Below, in pieces: positions 24,824 through 37,436 of a stretch of 64,000 nt of DNA. Below the pieces are notes generated by a model. That model did not search any database, was not told the origin of the DNA, and worked only from the letters and a program-made list of their open reading frames with translations. Each line of letters starts with the position of its first letter. Positions within the stretch are counted from its first letter, which is position 1. Made by a program: the position numbers and the translations under genes. The stretch is from the NCBI GenBank assembly GCA_051313645.2, contig JBNRSN020000001.1, positions 156,922,001 through 156,986,000 on the forward strand, in the 5' to 3' direction. This DNA is from Centroscyllium fabricii. Its lineage: Eukaryota.

Positions 24824-25614
24824 CATAAAAGATCATCTAGAAAGTTGCTATCTACTTCTGCTTTATAAGTATACCAAGCTTTTTAGTAAAATTCAGTTCC
24901 CAGGCTTCCCTCATTCATATCCGAAATATATGAAGGTGAACAAATGCCGAACACTGGTTAAAAAGTGAAAGGTGTAAGGAACACTGAGGTCTACTGTTAA
25001 CTTTGATGTTTTATAAAACTTATAGCTACCCAGTGATGGAATACCCAGTGATGTAGTCCTGTATTGTTTGGCAAGCCAGAGAAATACCCACTTCTTATCC
25101 CTGTACTCAGTACAATCCAAAGATGGAGAAGACTTGTGCCAGAGTTAACTTCATTCGCTATCCATCCCAATTACAACTGCTTCTAACTGCATGTTTTCAG
25201 AAGGGTTTCAGAGCTCATCACCAGAAGAAAAAATGGATAGTCCCTTTCCCAACTACACCTGGCCTCCCATCGCTGGCCTATATCCCTGCAGAGTAGCTTT
25301 TCCCTTGCTTACCGTGGTCAGTGTATAAAAATATGGCTCATTAAAAGGTTAATAAAAACAAGTGTTATATAAAAGCTGTTTAACTTTGTACATACCCAAG
25401 CTGCAGATCTATGGTATCTATAAAGCACATAGCTTTATTTTGCCACTTACATGTATGTCATCCATAGTGCTTATACATAGTTAACCTGTATTTCTTTCAC
25501 TTTTTTTTAACCTCTTATTAAGTTATCTATTTCAGCTGATCTACATAAAGCTTTCCGGTAAGTAGAGCAAAAAAGGCTGGGGAAGAAGCTAGTTGTAGAA
25601 TGCCAAGTGCTGGT

Positions 25615-27254
25615 TGTGGTAAACCACTATGTATATATTTGTATCATATCCATGGCCTGTAGTATTGTGTATACAGTTCTCTGTGTACTGCTTGTCTGGG
25701 CATGCCCGTGCTGACTCCACCTGTGACTCCTCCTCCCAGGACAGGTATAAAGGTAACTGTCTCCCTCCCCCCGATCATTCCGGGAGCAGTCGACTAGCTG
25801 GGGCATGCCCAACCTTTAGCGAATAAAAGCCTTTATTCACCACGTAACTTCTCGTTTCTGAGGTTATTGATAAGGTATCAATTTTATAAGCTAAATTTAA
25901 TCATGGAGACCATGCTAAAACCAGCGATGTTAGAACTGGATCCCCAAACACCAGGCGCCTCTAACACGTTTACGCACTGGTTCAACTGCTTCGAGGCATA
26001 CCTCGAAGCCACCGCGGCGATCGTCCAGACGGAAAGGGACAAGCTGCGCCTTCTCAACGCCCGGGTGGGCCCCCAGGTGTACTCAATAATCGCAGACGCT
26101 ACGTCCTACACTGAGGTGGTCCGAATCCTGAAGGCCGAGTATACCCGGGCACCGAACATCATCCACGCCAGACACCTTCTGGCCACCAGAAAGCAACAAC
26201 CCGGGGAATCGAGCGTGGAGTTCCTACGAGCACTGAGAGTCCTCTGCCGGGCCTGCAACTGTAAGTCACAGTCAGCCTTGGTGCACTCTGAAAGCCTCAT
26301 CAGGGACGCTTATGTCACTGGCCTCAGGTCCAATTACATTCGCCAGAGACTGTTGGAGCAGAATGGCATGGACCTGCAGGCGACAATCGAACTTGGGAAT
26401 GCGCTGGACTTGGCGTCCCATAATATGGCCGCTTACTCGGCCGACCACGCGGGCCATAAGTCTGACCCCCTGGTCGAACGGGTCCACCTGCACGCCAACC
26501 CCCAGTACGCCTACGTGGCGTACCCTGACAGGAGGGAGGATACGGTGTCCATCAAGGACCTGGCACCCTCGGGTGCCCCCGAGACCAGTACGACCCATCA
26601 GCCCGCAGCCCCCCCCCCCCTGCATACCACCACCTTTGGGGCACCAGCACCACGGTATGTCATACCCCTCGAGGCGCCGGCACCAGCACCACGTTACGCC
26701 CACCCAGCACCTGCAGGCAGCACGGTATGGCCCCCTAACCTACGCACCTGCCAGCCGGATGACGAATGGGAGAGCGCGCCAGTGATTGTTACCGCAAGGG
26801 GCCCCGCATCGGATCAAACGCTCTCACCGACCCCGCCGTCGCCGACTCCACCGCCAACGGTGCGCCCGCCGACTCCACCGCCAGCGGTGCGCCGCTCGAC
26901 AAGGCAGACCAGGCCGCCCGACAGACTTAACATTTAACGACTGCAAAGCATTCGCCCCGCCGGACTTTATTTTTTAACAAGGGGTGAATGTGGTAAACCA
27001 CTATGTATATATTTGTATCATATCCATGGCCTGTAGTATTGTGTATATAGTTCTCTGTGTACTGTTTATCTGGGCATGTCCGTGCTGACTCCGCCTGTGA
27101 CTCCTCCTCCCAGGACAGGTATAAAGGTAACTGTCTCCCTCCCCCCGATCATTCCGGGAGCAGTCGACTAGCTGGGGCATGCCCAAGCTTTAGCGAATAA
27201 AAGCCTTTATTCACCACGTAACTTCTCGTTTCTGAGGTTATTGATAAGGTATCA
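25615..27254 (+). mobile_element. Miniature 1.64-kb non-autonomous Gypsy element C (B-related)
   Basis: 266-bp LTRs at 25615-25880 and 26989-27254, TSD CTGGT, PPT present. Protease, RT, RNase H and the integrase core are absent. Confidence 0.95.
25903..26937 (+). CDS. Open 344-aa fusion ORF: Gag N-terminal domain plus integrase C-terminus and Pro-rich tail
   Basis: METMLKPAMLELDP..HNMAAYSADHA joined to GHKSDPLVERVHLHANPQYAYV..VRRSTRQTRPPDRLNI*, with no stops. Confidence 0.75.
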   Translation: METMLKPAMLELDPQTPGASNTFTHWFNCFEAYLEATAAIVQTERDKLRLLNARVGPQVYSIIADATSYTEVVRILKAEYTRAPNIIHARHLLATRKQQPGESSVEFLRALRVLCRACNCKSQSALVHSESLIRDAYVTGLRSNYIRQRLLEQNGMDLQATIELGNALDLASHNMAAYSADHAGHKSDPLVERVHLHANPQYAYVAYPDRREDTVSIKDLAPSGAPETSTTHQPAAPPPLHTTTFGAPAPRYVIPLEAPAPAPRYAHPAPAGSTVWPPNLRTCQPDDEWESAPVIVTARGPASDQTLSPTPPSPTPPPTVRPPTPPPAVRRSTRQTRPPDRLNI

Positions 27255-27678
27255 CTGGTCATGTTTTTAGGTATCGGATGCATGCACCCACACCCACCCA
27301 TTTAATGACCGAGCCAAACCGGTTCAAGGTTTCTGCCCAAAGTCCAAGCAACCATAGCCTACTTTGAGTCCAAATAAAACTCCTAAATTTCAGTATAGAG
27401 ATTGGATTTGTCAAAATTCACATAAAGATTCATTTGAATGCTAATTAGCCCCAATAGTGTCCATTCAAATTTCAGTGGGTGAAATATGTGCAGCTCCAAG
27501 TCTTTTCAGTCCAGATTGGATGCTTCCAGAAGATAGAAGCTGTCCTATAAAAAGTTGAAGAGATACAAATTCTTACTTTAAACCCGAAGACCCCAAAGCA
27601 GAATATTTTTAGATCTGGTTTGCCTCAATGCGCTCAAGGGTACAAATGATTGGAGAATTGGTTGTGTTGCAATTTGGA

Positions 27679-27684
27679 TTTATT
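27679..27684 (-). promoter_or_regulatory. Candidate CCDC81 poly(A) signal
   Basis: AATAAA on the minus strand about 207 nt downstream of the stop codon. Confidence 0.4.
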
Positions 27685-27890
27685 ATAAAATGGTGGCAAA
27701 ACTACTTGATGAGACAAAAAGTGATTAACAGTGTGACATATACTTCCTTGCAGGCAATAGCGCCACTGCAAATGAAGGGAAATGTGCTGAACCGGTTTAC
27801 ATTACTAATTCAATTGCTAAGAAATGTGGGAGTTTCCAATATGTTTGATGGGATTTGACGGTCCATAGTTATTAGGAGTAGGTTAATTCA

Positions 27891-28020
27891 TTAATGTGCT
27901 CCAGTTGTGAAGAATGCATTGTTCCAAATATTTGGCTCCCCACAGTTGGATAAACGCCGTTTACACTGAAAGCAACGTCGGTATTTATTACATTGATCAA
28001 GTAGAAAAAGGCCTCCAGCC
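27891..28020 (-). CDS. CCDC81: CCDC81 terminal coding exon
   Basis: Acceptor ..actttacag, then (K)AGGLFLLDQCNKYRRCFQCKRRLSNCGEPNIWNNAFFTTGAH*. Matches the recalled mammalian CCDC81 C-terminus (LFLLDQCEKYRRCKQCQRRTSNVGESNLW). Phase 2 fits the previous exon. Confidence 0.9.
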
Positions 28021-28883
28021 CTGTAAAGTAAATTAAAAATAGTTAGCATTGGCTTTGGCTTAATAAACAATTACTAGGTTCTTAGAATGCAGAAGACCCT
28101 CAAGACAACCATCCCTCCACTCTACCACTTTTTTTTTTAAACATTTTAAAATTTTATACAATTTTGTCCTGCTAAGTTTACCAACCCATCAATATACAAG
28201 AAGTTGACAACTAATTTTTAATTCCTCTAAATTGACTGCCTATTAGGAAAATGCACATTTTAAGTAGAAATTTAAGGGAAGATTTTGAGGCCTCACATGC
28301 TGATGAAACAGAATGGTAGCTCCCCAAAAAAGGGTGGGAATGACTTACTGCACCGTTCCCTATCTTCCCCAAGCCCCATCGCTGGGCGGTCTGAGAGCCT
28401 GTCACAGGAGGCCCTTTTAATATGCAAACTGGGGTCCTATGAAATGCATAGGACTCTGGTTGCAATTTTAGGATAATACTAGGCAGAGTGTGCACCATGC
28501 TCCGCTGGCCAGCTGCCCAAACACTGCTCCTGAGGTAGGAGGTGGCTGGGGGTGCGGCGGCAGGGGGAATCTATCCTGTAGAATCATCCGGAACATGCTG
28601 GTAGCATCTCTTGTAGGGTAACCATGCAGCAATGTTACATCTAGAGCTGATCCTCCTGGTGCACTACAGCTGACCCAAGTGGGCCAGTGAAGCATAAGAA
28701 AATATATTTTTCAGAAGTTGGAAAGATATTTTTGAACCTTAGTAGAAATCTATTCAATTTCTACACATTTCTTATTCTCCAATTGCACACTCAGATCGGC
28801 TTTATTAGCCATGGCTGTGGCAGGCTGATAACTGATTCTGCCTCTGCACAAGTGGATTGTGCCAAATAATTTGACTAGGGTTA

Positions 28884-29279
28884 ACATAGAAACATAGAAG
28901 ATAGGAGCAGGAGTAGGCCACTCGGCCCTTCGAGCCTGCTCCGCCATTCAATGAGATCATGGCTGATAATCCAAACCCAGTACCCTGTCCCTGCCTTGTC
29001 TCCATATCCCTCGATCCCTATCGAGCCTGCACCGACACATATCCCAGCCTATCCCCGTAACCCCACAAAGTCAATCCCCCGAACTCAAAGGGTCAATTTA
29101 TCATGGCCAATCAACCTAACCCGCATATCTTTGGACTGTGGGAGGAAACCGGAGCACCTGGAGGAAACCCACGCAGACACGGGGAGAATGTGCAAACTCC
29201 ACACAGATAGTACCCGAGGCTGGATTTGAACCCGGGTCTCTAGTGCTGTAAGGCAACAGTGCTAACCACTATGCCACCA
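28884..29279 (-). mobile_element. HE1-type V-SINE
   Basis: Same head, V-domain and CR1 tail as the other two copies. Confidence 0.9.
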
Positions 29280-29404
29280 TTTGCAAACTAGATGGCAATT
29301 ATGATCTGGGCTTTCAAGCCACAATTTCACAAATCCCAGTTAGAAATAAGGATTGCTATTTAACATTTCTTTCATACTCTTGTCAGGATTTCTATCTCTC
29401 ACCA

Positions 29405-31419
29405 TCTGAGCCAGTCCAAATTGGCATTTAGTGGGGTTAACAATGAGCCCGTGCTGACTCAGGCACTGGAAGAGAGAACGCAAGTGTGAGATGTGCTCCG
29501 CTTTGTCAGTGCTGAACACGAGGATGTCGTCGAGGTAGACGAAAAGAAAAGGGATGTCCCGAAGCACCAAATCGATAAGGCGTTGGAAAGCCTGCGCAGC
29601 ATTCTTCAGCCCGAAAGGCATTATTAGGAATTCAAAACGGTCAAAAGGGGTGTTAACCGCGGTCTTCTGGATGTCAGCCTGGTGAACGGGAACTTGATGA
29701 TAATCCCGGACCAGATCCACTTTTGAGAAGATGAATTATCCCGCCAGGTGTGCCGAGAAGTCCTGGATATGCGGTATGGGGTAGCGATCAGGCGTGGTAG
29801 CATTGTTGAGTCTCCTGTAATCGCCGCAGGGTCGCCAGCCACCGCCCAGCTTAGTGACAATGTGAAGAGGAGAAGACCAGGGACTATTCGAGCGGCGAAC
29901 GATGCCCAATTTTTCCACTGTCGCGAACTCCACCTTGGCACGACTATCTTGGCTGGATCCAGGCATCGGGCACGAGCATACACCGGGGGACGTGTGGTGG
30001 CAATGTGGTGTTCAATGCCGTGTTTAGTCGACGTGGCTGAAAAAGTTGGCTGCATGAGCCCAGGAAAATCTCCCAGAAGACGACAGTAGTCGTCCAGTGA
30101 GGGTGAGGCGCAGGATAGGACGAGGGCCAGTCTGTTGCTGCGTTGGCACAACAAAGAATTAAATGTGGCCGCGTTGAGGAGGCGTCGGTCGCGGACGTCG
30201 ACCAGAAGGCCGTGGGCACAAAGGAAATCTGTGCCAAGCAGTGGCTGTGAGATTGAGGCCGTGATGAAGTCCCAGGTAAACCGCTGTCCGCTGAAGCAGA
30301 TTTCCGCTCGACGTTTTCCATAAGTGCGGATGGTGTCGCCATTAGCCGCCACGAGGGGAGGTCTGCTCCGACCCGCCAGTTTTTTGTGGGTGGAAGCTGG
30401 GCTAATACTGCACTGCGCGCCTGTGTCACAGAGGAATCGCCGCCCAGAAAGCGAATCGGTGATGTAGAGAAGTTTCCCTGCTGAACCGATGGCCATCGTG
30501 GCGGCAGGGGGTCGCTCAGACGAAATCCGCCGGTGGCGAGAACACGTTGAGTCGAGCAGGGTAACCTTTTTTTGGTTGCGAACGTGCAGGGCAGACGGCA
30601 GCGGTGAGCCTTCGTGCCAAAACGGGCGTGATATTAACAGAGGCCTACAACCTGACAAGGCGGGTTGCGCTCCGTGGTGGAGGGGAACCTCATGGCTGCG
30701 CAGCCGAGCTGGGCCACGGAGAAGATTTTGTCTGCCCCGGCTGCGAGCTTGACGCAGCCCGTGATTGGGGAACCGGCGAGGGCAGCTTGAACTTGTTGAG
30801 GAAGCTGGACCAAGAATAAAACACGGAAAAGAAAACATTGTGGCTCGGACCCCAGAAGAGTGAGCATTCGGCTCATTAACTGGTTCGGGGTGGAGTCTCC
30901 AAGGCCTGGTAGCGAGAGAAGCCTGCGTGCTCTCTCCTCCTAAACTGAAAACCCGCAGGAGTCTGTCCTTAACTGCCTCGTACTTGCCGGCTTCTGGAGG
31001 GTTCCCCAGAAGGCCGATGACTTCCGCAGCGGTGGAGCTCTCAAGGGCCGACACAACAGGGAGGTATTTTTCTTCATTGTCCTCAACCTTCCGCAGGGAG
31101 AACTGGGCTTCTGCGTCAGCAAACCATGCGGCCGCTTGTTGCTCCCAAAAAGAAGGGAGTTTTAAGGCCACAGCGCCGGTAGCCATTATGCTGCGTGGGT
31201 CAGTAAAAACTGTGATCTCCTAACAAATAAATCAGCCAACTCGGAGGAGTAACTGCAAAACTGGTCTTTTCTGTTCAAACTCCAAAAACATTCCAACAAC
31301 AAAAGCCCGCGGAATGCGCGATGACGTCACCAATTGGTCTGTTTTCCCTCGCTCTTAAAGGGGATTTTACATGCAATTATTATGTACAGTCATTTATTCC
31401 CCGATGTGGAAATGCCACA
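29405..31419 (-). mobile_element. 3'-truncated, decayed CsRn1-type Gypsy element (5' LTR about 31211-31419, gag, protease, RT)
   Basis: MATGAVALKLPSFWEQQAAAWF; FLCDTGAQ; [11 protein letters not shown]; FVYLDDIL. Ends inside RT. Confidence 0.85.
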
Positions 31420-31812
31420 ATGCCCTTTTAAATGGAAGTTAAAGCTTAGACTAATAAAGGATAATCTTTTCTTGGTGTCAAGATCATGGTATTTTCAATG
31501 ACTAATCAAAGCTACAAGTAAATACTTAAATCTGTATGTGCAGAACAGATCTGACATTTTCAGAAAAATGTGAGAGCTGTTCAACTCCCAAGCATTGCTC
31601 AGGCAGCTGAATTGCATTGTCTTTCATACATATTAAAGAACTTCTAAAATTGCTGGAGTATTCTGCTTACTCGTTGGACGCACAGGTCTTTGTAGAAGCT
31701 TTAAGCAGCTCTTTAAATGAAACACCACCATACTGATTCTATACCAGCTATGAGCACAGATCAGGTTGCTTTAGAGTATTATTTGTTGATTGTAATACTT
31801 TCATCATCTTAC

Positions 31813-31938
31813 TTTATATATTGGTTTTCTTCATAATCTTTCAGTCGTTTCATAGTTGCATTGTCATCCCATGCTTTCTCTAAAGCTTTATGCATTTTCT
31901 GGAAATTTTCATAGCGTTTTTTATGTTCATCTATTAAG
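31813..31938 (-). CDS. CCDC81: CCDC81 penultimate coding exon (126 nt, phase 2-2)
   Basis: ttttccacag acceptor, (S)LIDEHKKRYENFQKMHKALEKAWDDNATMKRLKDYEENQYI(K), gtaag donor. Coiled coil aligning with the recalled CCDC81 segment LQEDWERSAAMKKQRD. Confidence 0.85.
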
Positions 31939-32449
31939 CTGTGGAAAATATTTAAATAACATTAGTAACATAGCTGCTGATAAATGTCTTCCTACTGTAT
32001 ATGTATCATATTTACCAAACTTTTCAGTCCAGGTGAATCCGAAGATAAAATAAGTGACATATTTTACATATGTTCAGATTGTGACCAGATAATGTTTTTT
32101 AGTGATGTTGGTTGAGGCTTAATATGTTTACTACATTACAACAGTGACTGCACTTCCAAAGTACTTCATTGGTTGTAATGCACTTTGGAATGTCCTGATG
32201 TTGTGAAAGGCACTACATAAATGCAAGTCTTCCTTTCTTTTCTTTCTTATGTTCAAATGTACGAGACATTTATGCTTAAGTCAGATTAATGAAATTTACT
32301 GGTGAGTACATAGAATTGGAGTCTTGACAGTTTTCAAACTGATTGTCTGTTGTATTGTCTCTCACAGAACTTGTCAGAATTAGGGAAGGCAGCATTACTA
32401 CAGTGGCTGAACTGCCTCCTCGCTATCAAAATTTCTATTATTCTATGAT

Positions 32450-33855
32450 TCTCAAAAAAACACCCCTTGACCCCTCTGTCCCTGCAAACCAACGCGTCTT
32501 TCCTCTCCAAAGTGTTTTAACGTGTTTTCGCCTCCCAAATCCATGCCCATCTTTCCCGCAACCCTATGTTTGAATCCCTTCAATCAGGTTTCCAAAACAG
32601 CTCTCATCAAAGTCACAAATTACATCCTTTGTGACTGTAACAAAGGTAAACTATCCCTCGTCATCCTTCTTGACTTGTCTGCAGCCTTCGACATGGTTGA
32701 CCACACCATCCTCCTCTAACGCTTCTCCACCGTCGTCCAGCTGGGTGGGTCTGCACTCACCTGGTTCCATTCTTATCTATCTAAACAGAGTCAGAGAATC
32801 ACCTGCAATGGCTTCACTTCCCACCCCCGCATCATTACCACTGATGTCCCCCAAAGATCTATCCTTGACCCCCCCCTATTTCTCATTTACATGCTACCCC
32901 TTGGCGACATCATCCGAAAACACAGCATCAGATACCCAGCTCTACCTCACTGCCACTTCTCTTGACACCTCCACGGTCTCTAAATTATGAGACCGCTTGT
33001 CTGACATCCAGTTCTGGATGAGCAAAAATTTTCTCCAATTAAATATTGCGAAGACCGAAGCCATTGTTTTTGATCCCCGCCACAAACTCCATTCCCTAGC
33101 CACTGACTCCATCCCTCTCCCTAACATCTATCTGAGGTTGAACCACACTGTTTGCAACCTTGGGGTCATATTTGACCCTGAAATGAGCTTCTGACCACAT
33201 ATCCACAGCATAACTAAGACCTCCTATTTCCACCTCATCGCTCATCTCCGCCCTTGCCTCAGTTCATCCGCTGCTTAAACCCTCATCCATGCCTTTGTTA
33301 CCTCTGGACTTGACTATTCCAATGCACTCCTGGCTAGTCTTCCACGTTCTACACTACATAAACTTGAGGTCATCCAAAACTCTCCTGCCTGTGTCCTAAC
33401 TTGCACCAATTCTCATTCACCCACCACCCCTGTGCTCGCTGACCTACATTGATTCCTGGTTAAGCAACGCCTCAATTTCAAAATTCTCATCCTTGTTTTC
33501 AAATCTCTCCTTGGCCTTGCCCCTCCCTATCTCTGTAATCTCCTCCAGCCCCAAAACCCCGTGAGATATCTGTGCTCCTTTAATTCTGCCCTCTTGAGCA
33601 TCTCTGATTATAATCGTTCAACTATTGGTGGGCGTGCCTTCTGTTGCCTGGGGCCTAAGCTCTGGAATTCCCTCCCTAAACCTCTCCGCCTCTCTTTCCT
33701 CCTTAAAACCTACCTCTTTGACCAAGCTTTTGGTCATCTGTTCTAATCTCTCCTTATATGACTCGGTGTCAATTTTTTTGTTTTATAATACTCCTGTGAA
33801 GCACATTGGGACGTTTTACTATGTTAAAGGCACTATATAAATATAAGCTGTTGTT
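32450..33855 (+). mobile_element. L2 LINE 3' portion, degenerate RT
   Basis: TALIKVTN..LVILLDLSAAFDMVDHTILL, SDIQFWMSKNFLQLNIAKTE and GGRAF..GPKLWNSLP, followed by an L2-type 3' tail. Confidence 0.88.
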
Positions 33856-33927
33856 CTATGAATTATACTCAAAACCAATGTTATAAGCATTTATTAAGCA
33901 ATGCTTTACAGGAAAATTTGTAAAAAG

Positions 33928-34315
33928 AAAGACTTGCATTTACCTCAGGATGTCACAAATTGCTTTACAGCCAATTAAGTCGTTTTGAAATGTAATCACT
34001 GTTATAATGTAGGAAATGCGGCAGCCACTTTGCGCACACTTAGGTCCCACAAACAGCAATGTGATAATGACCAGAAAATCTGTTTTAGAGGGATAAATGT
34101 TGGCCAGGAGACCAGCTCTTATTTGAAATTGTGCCATGGGATCTTTTACGTCCACCTGAGGAGCCTCACTTTAATGTCTCATCCGAAAGACACGCAGCAC
34201 TCCCTCAGCACTGCACTGGGAGTGTCAGCCTGGATTATATATTCAAGTCTCTAGAGTGGGACTTGAACCCATGACTTTCTGACTCAGAGGCGAGAGTGTT
34301 ACCATCTGAGCCACA
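33928..34315 (-). mobile_element. SacSINE1-like Deu-SINE
   Basis: Head GTGGCTCAGATGG..GGTTCAAGTCC, Deu domain CTTTCGGATGAGACATTAAA..GGACGTAAAAGATCCCATGGCAC, and tail AAATGCAAGTCTTT. Confidence 0.8.
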
Positions 34316-34397
34316 GGTGGGAAATAATCTGTTACTTTTTCCAACTTCAGATATCATGGGGTCAATTTTCCTCAAGGTGTGGGGAATTGGTGGGTTC

Positions 34398-35155
34398 CCC
34401 GCTGATCACTTTTTCTTCCCGCTTTCTGAAGGGTGTGGGAGCCCCACACAATTTTGGCTTAATTGGCCAATTAAATCCCTGCGTGTGGGAAGCCCCTGCC
34501 AATTGATTGATTTAAGATAGAAAGCCGGCGGGGTTCCCACTGTGTAACCACCAGAGCCCATGATTGACAGCTCTAACTAGTCTGGTCTGTTTCTTTCTGT
34601 TGATTCAGTGGATTGTGACATCACAAAGCACTGTCAACAGAAGCTAACCGCAAGTTGATGATTGACAGCTCTAAGTGGTTTGTTTCACTGGCAGCCTCCT
34701 GACAGCTAGGGAAGGCCTATCTGTCAATCACTGGAAAGCAGCTGGAAGGTAAGTTTTTGAAAGGTTTTTTCCCACTAATCTTGGGCACCCTAAGGAGACA
34801 GACGTCCAGCATGCTGGAGGCCAGGAAGTCATTCTGCTACAGGTGCTTCAATGCCTTGAAGGTGAAAGTCAGCAAACCGAATGTGTCCCTGCTAGGTTTC
34901 ACCGGCAGGGTTTCAGGCTGGTGGATTATGGGTGGGAAACGCTTCAAAATCACAGGGGGCCCTTAAAATAGCATTATACATGCCAATTAAGGGTCCCTAA
35001 TGAGCCTAACGACCATCCCCGCCGGCCGCCAGCGGGAAAGATTCGGGGCAGGTAGACACGGCGGCGGGAAATCGCAAAGTGGCGGGCGGTGGGGGTCAGG
35101 ATCTCCCGGTTTAGCAATTTTGCGGCCCGCCCCGCCCCGCCGAAAATTTACCCCC
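34398..35155. mobile_element. Non-autonomous Harbinger MITE related to the H2 ends
   Basis: TIRs GGGGTCAATTTTC / GAAAATTTACCCC. Subterminal regions match 42321-42620 and 52500-52624 in reverse orientation. Confidence 0.82.
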
Positions 35156-37030
35156 AAATGTTTAATTGTAGTATCCTATGAGGTCTATATTCCCAAGTAC
35201 ATTTACCCCACTATATTTAAAGTCTGTTCTCCAGCCACTCAACTACAAAACTCACAAGTTGAAATATTTTTTACAATTTTACTTGCTGGCAATCCGAGTA
35301 ACCAGCAAAAAGTGTTTGTTACCTAAAATTAAATATTTGATACAAAATCTCGTGAAAACTACACTGGAATCATTAATCCTACAATTAGCTGTTGGTACCA
35401 CCCTCACCTTTGATTCAGATTGTGTATTTAAGCTTGAGCACAAAATCTTGTACTGCACTGTCAGCCGTGCCAGCCTTCAGATGAAACGTTAAACCGCATC
35501 CACTCATGCCTGTTTTGCTGGTTAAAATGGGCTGTTAAAAACTCAGCTCTGCTTTAGATACATTCTCTAGCTGAATGATGTCAGTCACACCCATAAGTGG
35601 TCTGAGCATCTTACTTTTGAGGGAGTTAACTCCCATTACACTATACCTATTTGTATTATAACATAACCCAGAGAGGCAATAATAGCAATCCTCTGTGATC
35701 TGGACTGGATATTTGTGTCTTTTGCACAAATGCTTCTTCAATCTATCTGAAGGTGGACCGAGAAACTGTGGTGGGATGAGGTTGGATAGGAATTGTTAAA
35801 CTGCTTTATTTTATATCAGTGAACATAAGGTGCAATTGTTATGTTCAGATTCCCTTACTTCAACCAGTACAATGTGTGCTCACATAAAAATAATAATGAA
35901 TATTATATACTACCCATACCAGTCCATCTTACTTGACTCCTCTCTTCTCCATGCCATCCTTCTTGTTGACTTTTGCTGCCTGACTGCCTCACATTTCTCT
36001 GTTTCAAACAAAAACTGACTGCTTGAGGGTAATTTAAACTTTGGGTGATAGTGTAAACCGTGCAACATCCGCTAAACCATTCTCCTGATTTTCATTTCCA
36101 TTTAAGTCAAATGAGCCTAAAGGAATTTTAACCCCTTTCTCTCCTTTCCTTTCCTGAAGATGATGACTCATGCTGCAAGACATACGTATCTTGTGCAAAT
36201 GGCCAGTGTTCATCTGTAATGCTAGGCAGTAACAGTTTGCTGAGCTATTTCCTATGGGGTATATAACTGAGCATCATCCTGTCCTTGCAGTTACTAGATA
36301 AGACACCTCACTGACTTTTCCTCTCCCTAGTCTGCTGACAGTGAAGCCAGTTGTACTGTTCACATTGACACCCCACCCGAGATTTTATTTATGCTCTGTT
36401 TAACACCAGAAACAAAATGTTCATACCCTGTATTAAGATTTTACATTGGTTAACCACATTGACACTATCATTTTACACCTATTAGTGTGCTATTCCTGGT
36501 TGCATTAATAGAAAGCTTTTTGCTCTCCAGTACAATCATCCCCCATCTTAATGGACACCAAAAAAATGCGAATATGATAATGTTCCAGTTAAGATGCTTA
36601 CCTCATACCCGATACTAGGCAATCAAAGTTCCCAGGCATTTCTCTAATGAGTTCCATGTCAGTCGGTGTTCATCCACGATACTAAACAGGACATCATTGT
36701 ATGGGTGAGAGAAGAGGATTCCTCTTCCTCCACCTCCCCACATAATAATGACATACACCTAGTCAGTCAATCAACACAGAAAAGCACTGCAGCAATAGAT
36801 GGGGAAAAATTTCCAGTTTACCCACACTCCCAGCTTAAGGAGGATGTTTGAACCCAGTGGCCCATTTGATAAAGTAAAATGCAAACACCTCACCAGAGGA
36901 ATAGTTAAACTCAATATTCCCAACCCTGTTAATTTGCCACTGTTCGTGCAGAAGTAAATGCACATATTTATCTATTTATGACAAGCCAAAACAGCAGAGG
37001 ATCAGAGCTAGAAAGTAAGTCTTAACTTAC

Positions 37031-37254
37031 CTGTTCCTGTTTCTTTGCAGCATCTCTGACTCCGTTTTCTGTTCATACAGTTGATTCAGAATGGCATTCC
37101 TCTTACGATCAGCTGCAGCCTGCAGTTGCTCTTTATAAAGGTTATGAGCAATTTGCCTTTGTTCTTCTATTCTTCCATACGACTCAGTGTTACCGAAGAT
37201 TGGCACAGAGGAATCGGGCACAAATGCTGGCAACTGACGTGATTTCTCTTTTGT
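37031..37254 (-). CDS. CCDC81: CCDC81 internal coding exon (224 nt, phase 0-2)
   Basis: catctag acceptor, TKEKSRQLPAFVPDSSVPIFGNTE..QLQAAADRKRNAILNQLYEQKTESEMLQRNRN, gtaag donor. Matches recalled CCDC81 RLPPFEPDSSEPIFGKN..QLEAAANHKRKAILHQL. Confidence 0.9.
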
Positions 37255-37436
37255 CTAGATGTAGAAAGGCTAATGATTACATATGTGGACATTTGCTTTT
37301 TGTCATATTGACTGATATATTAACTGCTGCCAAATACTCAGTGATCAGCAAGTTAGCTGGTTTAAGGTCATAGTATTTAATAATAAACAAAGCATTTTAC
37401 AATCTTCAGGAAATTAATGTACTTTTATTTACTCAT

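Noticed and set aside
25200-25328. Possible + strand terminal exon containing YTWP, reminiscent of ME3 (the CCDC81 neighbour in mammals)
   Set aside because: Only four residues match; the upstream ME3 sequence is absent.
35923-35999. AG..GTAAG-bounded segment as an extra CCDC81 exon
   Set aside because: The flanking exons already join in phase and colinearly with the known protein.
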